64,000 bases of DNA, taken from assembly GCA_949743655.1 (NCBI GenBank), contig CATJUP010000106.1:5389-69388 (forward strand), given 5' to 3'. This document shows, one piece after another, positions 29,614-37,542 of the stretch (positions are counted from its first letter, which is position 1; each line of letters starts with the position of its first letter). Position numbers and translations under genes: made by a program. The stretch comes from an uncultured Eubacteriales bacterium. Its GTDB lineage: Bacteria > Bacillota > Clostridia > Lachnospirales > Anaerotignaceae. The notes under the pieces are model-generated. The model made no database searches. It had not been told where the DNA came from and was given only the letters and a program-made list of their open reading frames with translations.

Positions 29614-30510
29614 TTAATCATTAAAACTTTTGTGTCTTGGTGACTCACTTACTTTAAGGCATGCTTTTGTAAGCTCTGTCATTATAGCCACGCTAAATTT
29701 ACTGTCATAAAAATTTAGTAACTGGGCTATTTTTTCATGATTTTCAATAACTATATATTTTGGCGGAAGATTGCTTAAAGCCAAAGCCATAACATCAGCC
29801 ACACAACGGCTGCATTTGCAAACATTAAATTTTTCTATATAGCTTGTTATTTGTTCTCTTACAAGAACTTCTATAACATTCATATACAAAAATTCTTTTT
29901 TAAAATCATCAAATTTAGAAGGTTCAGTTTTTTCTGTTAAATTATGCGGAATATTTTGTTCAATTTCGTCTGTTTTAGAGTCTTTGTTAACATCATTGTT
30001 TAAATAGTCGTTTAAAGCCGCTTTAACGGCGTTTGAAGCTGTGTTGTCGCTTTCGTTGATGTTTGGATTGTCTTTTTGTTCTAATGCCTCTGAGCGCGGT
30101 TTTTCGTGTTTTATTGTATCTTCTGCAGAAGGAGTGTTTTCTCTTATAAATTCCTCAGCATCATTTGGCTCTTCTAACTCATCTAATACAAAGTCTGTTA
30201 CGTTTTTCAATTCGTCCACAGTAGTTTCTGATTTTGAATTGGCTATTTGGCTGTCATCGCTTTTTTCAACAGTGTCAAGTTCCTCTAACAGATTATCTTT
30301 TATTTTGTCTGACAACACCTCATCTCTTGCCGCTTTTTCAAGACTGCTCTTTATTGATGACACAACAGGAGAGGTAATAGCGGGTTTTTGCTGAGCTGTA
30401 TTGTCAGAAGGGGATTGTTCGTTGTTTTCGGTAGTTTCTGCCGATTGTACCGGCTTTTTTGATATTAAATTTAAAACATGGGCTGTTTTAGTGCTTTTTT
30501 TGTTAGCCAT
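29614..30510 (-). CDS. ComFB-domain protein with basic N-terminal peptide and long acidic low-complexity spacer
   Basis: C-terminal ~95 aa carry ComFB hallmarks (NVCKCSRCVADVMALALSNLPPKYIV ... KVSESPRH); N-terminus MANKKSTKTAHVLNLISKK; AAGGGAG RBS; 20 nt downstream of the ParA-like gene. Confidence 0.7.
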   Translation of the reverse strand: MANKKSTKTAHVLNLISKKPVQSAETTENNEQSPSDNTAQQKPAITSPVVSSIKSSLEKAARDEVLSDKIKDNLLEELDTVEKSDDSQIANSKSETTVDELKNVTDFVLDELEEPNDAEEFIRENTPSAEDTIKHEKPRSEALEQKDNPNINESDNTASNAVKAALNDYLNNDVNKDSKTDEIEQNIPHNLTEKTEPSKFDDFKKEFLYMNVIEVLVREQITSYIEKFNVCKCSRCVADVMALALSNLPPKYIVIENHEKIAQLLNFYDSKFSVAIMTELTKACLKVSESPRHKSFND

Positions 30511-30530
30511 ATTTAAAGCTCCCTTCTTAA

Positions 30531-31295
30531 TTATTTATTTAATTTTTTTAACACTTCCTCAACAAAATTGCTGTAATCTACAGCAGGATTTGATGAGGGA
30601 GCGTAATTAATAACGCTTTCGCCATAAGCCGGAGCCTCGGCAACAGCAACACTTGTGCGTATTTTTGTTTCAAAAACATCTGTGTCTAATTGATTTGCTA
30701 TGTTATCTGCCATGTCGTTTACTTCTTTTGAAAGATTAAATCGCGCGTTGTATCTTGTAAGAAGTATTCCTAAAACAGATAAATTTTTGTTATAAGACAT
30801 TTTTACAGTGTCTATAGTTTCTTTTATCTGGCTTACGCCTAAAAGGCTGAGAATTTCGGGTATCATAGGTATTATAAGTGCCTGTGAGGCAACATAAGCG
30901 TTTACAGTAAGTATGTTAAGCGCTGGAGGTGTATCTATAATTATATAATCATATTTATTATCGACATCCGACAATATATTTTTAAGTATAAACTCACGTC
31001 CGGCACGGTTAAACTCAATTTCGGCACCGCTTAAAAGTATGTTTGACGCTATAACATCTCCGTGCTCTGTTTTTTGTATAGCGCTTTGCAAAGCTGTTTT
31101 GCCTTTTATTATTTCGTATATTGTAGGGCAGTTTTCTATATCAACCCCCATACTAAAGCCAAGATTGCCCTGTGGGTCTAAATCTACACCCAAAACTTTA
31201 TTGCCCTTAGAGACCAAGCCGCTTATAAGGGCACATGACGTAGTTGTTTTACCAACGCCGCCTTTTTGATTAGTTAAAGCAATTATGTAAGCCAA
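30531..31295 (-). CDS. Orphan ParA/Soj-type deviant Walker-A ATPase
   Basis: IIALTNQKGGVGKTTTS, VDLDPQGN, IIIDTPP; TTG start after AAGGGGGAA; no ParB-like gene nearby. Confidence 0.88.
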   Translation of the reverse strand: MAYIIALTNQKGGVGKTTTSCALISGLVSKGNKVLGVDLDPQGNLGFSMGVDIENCPTIYEIIKGKTALQSAIQKTEHGDVIASNILLSGAEIEFNRAGREFILKNILSDVDNKYDYIIIDTPPALNILTVNAYVASQALIIPMIPEILSLLGVSQIKETIDTVKMSYNKNLSVLGILLTRYNARFNLSKEVNDMADNIANQLDTDVFETKIRTSVAVAEAPAYGESVINYAPSSNPAVDYSNFVEEVLKKLNK

Positions 31296-31342
31296 AAAAA
31301 TTCCCCCTTGCTATATATTATAATAATTTTTCGCTCCAATAT

Positions 31343-31369
31343 TAATTAAAACGTACTATATGCCGATAA
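31343..31369 (+). promoter_or_regulatory. Candidate sigma-28 promoter for fliD-fliS-fliT
   Basis: TAAT-N15-GCCGATAA (perfect -10 octamer at 31362-31369), ~70 nt upstream of the fliD ATG. Confidence 0.55.
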
Positions 31370-31438
31370 ATAATTATATAAAATAGATTATAATATTGCA
31401 AATTTTTTATTGCTATAAATCAAGTGAGGAGGAATATT

Positions 31439-34015
31439 ATGGCATCTATAGGCAGCATAAGCGCGAGAACAAGCGGTTTAATAGGCGGAGCCAACAGAAT
31501 TACAGGTCTTGCTAGTGGTCTTGACGTTGACTCATTGGTAGAAAGCATGACAATGGGTACACTCAATAAAATTCAAAAACAACAGCAGGCAAAACAAAAA
31601 CTTGAGTGGAAAATGAACGATTATAGGTCTATAAGTTCAAAGTTAATATCGTTCCAAAACAAATATAATTCTTACTCATCTTCAACAAATTTAAGAAGCC
31701 CAAGTTTTTACGACAAATCTATTGTAACAGCTTTAGGCGAAAACAGCAAGTATATAAGTGTAAGCGGAAAATCATCAGCGGCTGAAACAATGGCTATTAA
31801 AGCTGTAAAACAGCTTGCTAAGGATACAAGCTATGTTTCAAAAAACAGTGTTTCGGACCAAACGCTTACAGGCAGCGCTATAAGCGGTGATGAGACATTT
31901 ACTAAAAGTCTTTTAGAAGGCAATACATTACAATTAACATATGGTAATTCAACTTATAATGTTAGACTTGAGATGGGTAAAGAGTATGGAACTGCTCAAG
32001 AAGTAGTAGATGGGCTTAATGACGCGCTTAAAAAAATAAATTATGGTAAAGACGGCGGAAATTTAGGCGATAAAATTAAAATAAGCCTTAACAGCAACGA
32101 CAAGGTAGAGATTAATTATGCAAGCAAAGAAATAGCCAATAAAGGAGATACACTTAAAGTAAGCGGCGGAAGTGAAAATCTTTTAAAAGCACTTGGTGTT
32201 TCTAAAGATATGGAAGCTACAAAAACTGGCGCTATAGTGGGCAAAACAAGTATGACTGACAGTCTCCTTCAAGGTCCTTTCCAACAAAAACTTAAAGCCA
32301 GAGACATGATTACAGGCGCTGATAAAACTCTTTCTTTCAACTATAATGGTACTACTGTAAAAATAGACGTTCCAAGTGCTGATGAGAAAGTAAAAATAAA
32401 CGGCGTAGAGACAAATGTTTTTGAAGAAGACGGAAGCGTTAATATGGAAGCTATGGCTCAATATCTTGAAAATAAACTCGCAGATGAGTTTGGCTCGGGT
32501 CGTATTGACGTAAGCTATAAAGACGGCGCTCTTGCGTTTGACACATTAAAACCATCAGGTGATAAAGATACAAGCTCGGTTCTTAGATTTACCGCGGGAG
32601 ATGCTAATGCGGCTAAGGCTTTGGGTCTTACTTATGGCGATTCTAACAGATTAAACACAAGCGCGGCTCTTAAAGATTCTGGTTTAAAACTTAAAAATGA
32701 CGGAACAAACGACACTGTGCTTAGTAATGGAAAAGATGCTGACGGAAACAAAGTTGGTCAAAATGACTATGTTATAAATATAAAAAATAACGCTACAGGT
32801 GAAATAGTGTCAATAAGCAAAACCGTTGACGGCAAAGATTTTGACGAGAATACATCTTTAAGCGACATTATGAAAGCTATTAACGAAAGTGGCGCTAATG
32901 TAAAAGTTTCTTATCTTGAAACATCTGATAAACTTAGCATAGTATCAACCGAAAAAGGCGCGAGCGGAGATTTTTCTATAGTAGGCGGAGCGCTTGATAA
33001 AGACGGAAATGACGTTAGCTCAAGCTCGTTTAATTTAGGTCAGGCTATATTTGGCGACAGTGTAGGCACTGGTGAAAGCGATGATTACTCATATACAAAA
33101 GGTCAAGACGCTATAATATTGGTTGACTATGACGGAGATGGCGGAGCTGACCCTATAGAAATAACACGCTCATCAAACTCGTTTAATTTAGATGGTCTTA
33201 ATGTTACTGTAAACAACACGTTTGGAATGACAGCAGACGGAAAAGTTGATGAAACAAGCGAGGCTATTACATTTAGCGCTAAAGTTGACTCAGACAAAAT
33301 AACAGAAGCTGTAAAGAACATGATTAACGAATTTAATGAGATTATAGAATTAAGCAACTCAAAACTTTCAGAAAAGCCTAACAGAAAATACACACCTCTT
33401 ACAGATGAGCAAAAAGAGGACATGAGTGACAGTGAAATTGAAAAATATGAGGAACTTGCAAAAGCTGGTATGCTCTTTAATGATGTAAACCTTAGAGGAT
33501 TTACAACAGATATTCGTTTTATATTTGGCTCAAGCTCAGAACAGATAAAAATGCTTGAGGATATGGGAATAACAACATCGTCATCTTATACAGACAATGG
33601 AAAATTAGTTTTTGACGAGGAGAAATTTAAATCTTATCTTGAGGCTAATAATGATAAAGTAGCGGAGATATTTACAGAGCCAGCGAAAACTGTTACCGAC
33701 AGTAATGGAAACACATCCAAAATAGGCGGCGGCGTAATGACTCAAATTTACACTGTTTTTGAGAAATACGCAGCAACAACAGGCTCTACAAAAGGTATAT
33801 TTGTAGAAATAGCAGGAGCTAAAGAGTCACCTTTGTCTATACTTAACAACTCGCTTCAAAAACAAATGAATGAGATTGACAACCGTATAGATGAACTTTT
33901 GGATAAATACGAGGATGAGGTTGAGAGAGCTTATAACAAATACTCATCTCTTGAGACATATATTTCACAGATGAACAGCCAAAGCAGTTATCTTTCATCT
34001 ATGAATGGTCAGTAA
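31439..34015 (+). CDS. fliD: Flagellar filament cap protein FliD (unusually long, 858 aa)
   Basis: N-terminal ITGLASGLDVDSLVESMTMGTLNKIQKQQQ and C-terminal coiled coil LQKQMNEIDNRIDELLDKYEDEVERAYNKYSSLETYISQMN; ATG 31439 after GAGGAGG. Confidence 0.9.
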   Translation: MASIGSISARTSGLIGGANRITGLASGLDVDSLVESMTMGTLNKIQKQQQAKQKLEWKMNDYRSISSKLISFQNKYNSYSSSTNLRSPSFYDKSIVTALGENSKYISVSGKSSAAETMAIKAVKQLAKDTSYVSKNSVSDQTLTGSAISGDETFTKSLLEGNTLQLTYGNSTYNVRLEMGKEYGTAQEVVDGLNDALKKINYGKDGGNLGDKIKISLNSNDKVEINYASKEIANKGDTLKVSGGSENLLKALGVSKDMEATKTGAIVGKTSMTDSLLQGPFQQKLKARDMITGADKTLSFNYNGTTVKIDVPSADEKVKINGVETNVFEEDGSVNMEAMAQYLENKLADEFGSGRIDVSYKDGALAFDTLKPSGDKDTSSVLRFTAGDANAAKALGLTYGDSNRLNTSAALKDSGLKLKNDGTNDTVLSNGKDADGNKVGQNDYVINIKNNATGEIVSISKTVDGKDFDENTSLSDIMKAINESGANVKVSYLETSDKLSIVSTEKGASGDFSIVGGALDKDGNDVSSSSFNLGQAIFGDSVGTGESDDYSYTKGQDAIILVDYDGDGGADPIEITRSSNSFNLDGLNVTVNNTFGMTADGKVDETSEAITFSAKVDSDKITEAVKNMINEFNEIIELSNSKLSEKPNRKYTPLTDEQKEDMSDSEIEKYEELAKAGMLFNDVNLRGFTTDIRFIFGSSSEQIKMLEDMGITTSSSYTDNGKLVFDEEKFKSYLEANNDKVAEIFTEPAKTVTDSNGNTSKIGGGVMTQIYTVFEKYAATTGSTKGIFVEIAGAKESPLSILNNSLQKQMNEIDNRIDELLDKYEDEVERAYNKYSSLETYISQMNSQSSYLSSMNGQ

Positions 34016-34087
34016 TTAGTAAATAGAATGTTTTAATTTTTGCGGAACAAAACGCTCATAACTAACAGATATTTGACAGCTATTTTT

Positions 34088-34147
34088 GTATTAATTTGGG
34101 AGCGCAAGCTCCTAAGTTAATACAGGAGTAAATATTGTGGTTTACTC
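34088..34147 (+). other. Two adjacent hairpins in the fliD-fliS spacer
   Basis: GTATTAA-TTT-GGGAGC-GCAA-GCTCC-TAAG-TTAATAC (34088-34123) and GAGTAAA-N8-TTTACTC (34126-34147); an AGGAG lies between them. Confidence 0.4.
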
Positions 34148-34184
34148 AATAAGTTAAAATATATGAAAGGGCAAAGATTGCTTT

Positions 34185-34559
34185 ATGAATAACAATGGAT
34201 ACCAGCAATACAGGCAGCAAATGGTAAATACAATGACCAAAGATGAGATGCTTATACTTTTGTATGACGAAAGTATAAAAAGACTCGTTAGAGCTCAGTT
34301 TAATTTGGAGCATCAAAACTATGACGAGTTTAATGACTCTGTTGAGCGGGTTGAGAAAATAATAAGGTATTTGAGCTCTATTTTGGACCACAAGTATCCT
34401 ATAAGCGCGGAATTGTATCGTCTTTATGATTATTTTTTGTTTAGATTAGGTCAGCTTAAAGCTGGTAGAAATAAAGAAGTTATAGACGATATTAAACCAA
34501 AAATAATTGAGTTAAGAGACGCTTTTAAAGAGGCGTCAAAATCAAACGGAAAAGCATAA
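34185..34559 (+). CDS. fliS: Flagellin-specific chaperone FliS
   Basis: 124 aa; YQQYRQQMVNTMTKDEMLILLYDESIKRL.. four-helix FliS pattern; after fliD. Confidence 0.9.
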   Translation: MNNNGYQQYRQQMVNTMTKDEMLILLYDESIKRLVRAQFNLEHQNYDEFNDSVERVEKIIRYLSSILDHKYPISAELYRLYDYFLFRLGQLKAGRNKEVIDDIKPKIIELRDAFKEASKSNGKA

Positions 34560-34658
34560 GTTAATAAATCAAAAATTTCTATATAAAATGCAATAAAAAA
34601 CTTCTGTGGAATTTTGAATGTAAAATGCGGCAAATGTTTTTAGCGTGAGGTGTTTGAT

Positions 34659-35051
34659 ATGGAGTCTGAAAAGGCGTTGAGTGAAATAAAAGAGAGGCTT
34701 GAAAAAAAATATGTAAGCCTTGTTGAAATTATGCGTCTTACTGACGAATTAAACGAGGCGCTAAGTATGAATGATAGAAGAAGTATACGTCTGGTTATGA
34801 CTATGCGTGGCGGTGAAATGGAAAAAATGGGCGTTCTTGACGGCGAAATAGAGTCGCTTATGGATTTTGTATCCGCTAAAGAGCGAGATACTATAAATAA
34901 TTACAAAACTAAAGAAGAATGCTCTAAAAGCGTAGAAAGAATATGCCAAATAAAACAAAGAACACAAAGACTTTTGGATAAAGTAATAGAAAAAGATAAA
35001 GCTATGAGTAAAAGAGTTTATGGCGACTCATCTTTTTATTCTGATAAATAA
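34659..35051 (+). CDS. Small helical protein in the fliT position (putative FliT-like chaperone)
   Basis: 130-aa predicted helical protein directly after fliS, as in the B. subtilis fliD-fliS-fliT order; I recognise no diagnostic motif. Confidence 0.4.
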   Translation: MESEKALSEIKERLEKKYVSLVEIMRLTDELNEALSMNDRRSIRLVMTMRGGEMEKMGVLDGEIESLMDFVSAKERDTINNYKTKEECSKSVERICQIKQRTQRLLDKVIEKDKAMSKRVYGDSSFYSDK

Positions 35052-35092
35052 TGTTTTAAATACTGAATAATTAGGCTTTATGCGGTTTGGTT

Positions 35093-35788
35093 TTAATTAA
35101 AATTTGGTGTTATAATCCACATTGGACCATTATAACCGCAACCATATTTGGCTTCCTGAATTATTATATCAGGAAGCCATTCTGTATTTGAGTTTTCAAA
35201 ACTTTTTGGGTCGGCTATTAAATAGTTACCCTCAAGAGATACACCACGAAGTATTATAAAATGTCCGCTTTCAGTAAAATGCCCTTTTCCAACTAACACC
35301 ACAATTAAGTTTCCGGTTGATAAAAGAGTTGTTATATTTTCATTTGAATATTCATTAAGAGGCGTTACATTAAGCCCCCATTTGGCGGCACCCTGAGATA
35401 TTATAGAGTGGTACGAACCACTGTTTTCACAAAAATAACCGTTATCATAACACCATGCCGCCATATCATCAGGCGTTATTACAGTATCGGTAAGGCTTGA
35501 CACAAGCATAGCTAAAACTGTTGGTCCGCAACCATACACAGCTATAGTATCGTCAGCACCATAAAATTTGTCAGCCCAAAGAGGGTTTGTTTGGTTATAA
35601 TATGTAATATTAACTGAAGTACCGGAAAGAATAATATTATTATTTTGTTCATCAGTGTTTTCAATTACAGATGATTTTTCGGATATTATAGGTTTGTAGT
35701 TTTGTGGTTCTCCTGTTTTTATATCAAAAAATAAAATTGTAACAGCTATTATTGAAAACAGAGTTAATAATTTGCTTAAAAAACTCAT
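35093..35788 (-). CDS. Membrane-anchored C39-like (Peptidase_C39_2-type) cysteine peptidase domain protein
   Basis: N-terminal TM (LLTLFSIIAVTILFF). YNQTNPLWADKFYG..VYGCGPTVLAMLV (Cys), SGHFIILRGV (His) and IADP (Asp) match the C39-like triad layout. Confidence 0.65.
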   Translation of the reverse strand: MSFLSKLLTLFSIIAVTILFFDIKTGEPQNYKPIISEKSSVIENTDEQNNNIILSGTSVNITYYNQTNPLWADKFYGADDTIAVYGCGPTVLAMLVSSLTDTVITPDDMAAWCYDNGYFCENSGSYHSIISQGAAKWGLNVTPLNEYSNENITTLLSTGNLIVVLVGKGHFTESGHFIILRGVSLEGNYLIADPKSFENSNTEWLPDIIIQEAKYGCGYNGPMWIITPNFN

Positions 35789-35910
35789 TTAATACCTCCA
35801 AAATACAAAAAATTTTTGGTTTTGAGGAAAAATTTTTAACATTTTTATTATTATAACATATTTAAACATGTATTGTATATTTTTATTTTACAAAGAAAGA
35901 CGGGAAAAAT

Positions 35911-36603
35911 ATGTATTCGGTGACACTTGAGAACGTGGGAAAAACGTATCGCAATGGTGTAAGAGGATTGAGAGATATTAATCTGCATATTAATGCTGGT
36001 GAATTTGTATTTTTATCCGGCAAAAGTGGCTCTGGAAAGAGTACGCTTATTAATATAATTACTAAAGAAATTGAGCCCACAGAAGGCAAGGTTTATTTTG
36101 GAAATGTAGATATAACAGATATGCAAAGAAAAGAAATACCATATTTTAGAAGAAAATTAGGCATTATTAAAGGCGATGGACTTTTGCTTGATAAACGCAC
36201 GGTTTATAAAAATATAGAGCTGGCTCTTTTAGCATCTGGAAAGAGCGCAAGGGGAATGAAAGAAACAATATTAACTGCTCTTGGAATGGTTGGTTTAAGA
36301 GATAAGGCGAATGCAAAACCTTTTGAATTATCAGGCGGTGAGAGGTCTAAAATAGCTTTTGTAAGAGCGCTTGTTAATAACCCCAGCATACTTATAGCCG
36401 ATGAGCCAACATTGGGGCTTGATAATGACGCAGCTTATGATATTATGAGATTTTTGGGCGAAATTAACCGCCTTAACATTACTACAATAATAGCTACACA
36501 CGAAAAAGACTTAGTTAATATTATGAAAAAAAGAGTTATTACACTTTATGACGGTCACATTATAGGTGACGTTAAACATGGAAAATATGGCGACCTTGTA
36601 TAA
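35911..36603 (+). CDS. FtsE-like ABC ATPase, orphan (no FtsX), with degenerate Q-loop and signature
   Basis: GKSGSGKST Walker A; RRKLGIIKGDGLLL where FtsE has RRxIGxxFQDxxLL (Q to G); LSGGERSKIAFVRA signature; LIADEPTLGLD; ATHE. Confidence 0.8.
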   Translation: MYSVTLENVGKTYRNGVRGLRDINLHINAGEFVFLSGKSGSGKSTLINIITKEIEPTEGKVYFGNVDITDMQRKEIPYFRRKLGIIKGDGLLLDKRTVYKNIELALLASGKSARGMKETILTALGMVGLRDKANAKPFELSGGERSKIAFVRALVNNPSILIADEPTLGLDNDAAYDIMRFLGEINRLNITTIIATHEKDLVNIMKKRVITLYDGHIIGDVKHGKYGDLV

Positions 36604-36644
36604 ATAAAATATTGGTGTACACTTATAAAAAAGTGCCTTAAATA

Positions 36645-36671
36645 TTATTTTTAGAACTAAAATGACGATAT
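36645..36671 (+). promoter_or_regulatory. Candidate sigma-28-type promoter for flgM operon
   Basis: TTAT-N15-GACGATAT ~50 nt upstream of the flgM ATG; the -35 match is weak. Confidence 0.35.
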
Positions 36672-36723
36672 TATTTATATGTAAAGTAAAATGTATCTCT
36701 ACCATAAGAGCGGAGTTGATAAA

Positions 36724-37038
36724 ATGAGAATATTGCCCGGCAGCAAAGATTTAATATATTTTAGAAAACTTAATAATGTTTCAAAAAACGCCACGGGCGA
36801 CGGCACGGTTGATTTTAACAATGAATTGTCTAAAACAGTAAAAAAATTTGATGAGATAACTATAAATAAAAATAAAGTTATTCCAGATGATAAATTTGCT
36901 GAGGGACTTAAAAACCAAATTATGAAGGAGGTAAATGAGCAACCGTCCCAAAAGGCTCTTGAGGAACTTAAAATCCAAATTGAAAATGACACTTATCAAG
37001 TAGGTATTGACGAAATTGCAAGAAAAATTATGCTTTAA
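36724..37038 (+). CDS. flgM: Anti-sigma-28 factor FlgM
   Basis: C-terminal LEELKIQIENDTYQVGIDEIARKIM is a typical FlgM signature; ATG 36724 after GGAG. Confidence 0.85.
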   Translation: MRILPGSKDLIYFRKLNNVSKNATGDGTVDFNNELSKTVKKFDEITINKNKVIPDDKFAEGLKNQIMKEVNEQPSQKALEELKIQIENDTYQVGIDEIARKIML

Positions 37039-37055
37039 ATTTTGGGAGAGTATAA

Positions 37056-37517
37056 ATGGAAAAAATCATAGAAATATTGCTTGAAACATTGCAATTTATA
37101 CGTGATATAACAGAAATTGAAAAAGCTAAGTTTAATGCCGCTAATAAAAACGATGTTTTTCTTATAAATAAATATATGGAAAAAGAACAAGCGTTATTGC
37201 TTAAAATAAGAGGTATTGACAAAAAGCGCGAGAAAATTCAAAAAGAGCTTGGTTTTGATAATTTAAAACTTAAAGATATAATAGAAAAAACATCGGGCGA
37301 CGAAAGAAAACGTCTTGAAAATGTTTATAATGATATTAACAATAGCCTAAAAATTTATAAAGAAAGTTTTGATGACGCTAAACAGGCTTTGGAGCTTAAT
37401 ATACACAGAATAAATAAAAAATTAAACGATATGGACGTTTATCAAAACAATGGCATTTACAGCGAAAGCGGAGATATTATAAACTCAAAAAGTAGTTTTA
37501 CAAGCAGAAGAGTTTAA
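37056..37517 (+). CDS. flgN: FlgN-like chaperone for FlgK/FlgL
   Basis: 153-aa helical protein between flgM and flgK (B. subtilis yvyG position). Confidence 0.6.
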   Translation: MEKIIEILLETLQFIRDITEIEKAKFNAANKNDVFLINKYMEKEQALLLKIRGIDKKREKIQKELGFDNLKLKDIIEKTSGDERKRLENVYNDINNSLKIYKESFDDAKQALELNIHRINKKLNDMDVYQNNGIYSESGDIINSKSSFTSRRV

Positions 37518-37542
37518 TTATTTTTTAAGGAGGAAGTTTGTA

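Noticed and set aside
30531-31295. Could the ParA-like ATPase simply be FlhG (MinD-type flagellar number regulator)?
   Set aside because: The sequence is Soj/ParA-type (NQKGGVGKTT, DLDPQGN). It lies on the opposite strand, far from flhA, and no FlhF is present. It is therefore treated as an orphan ParA, although a functional analogy remains possible.
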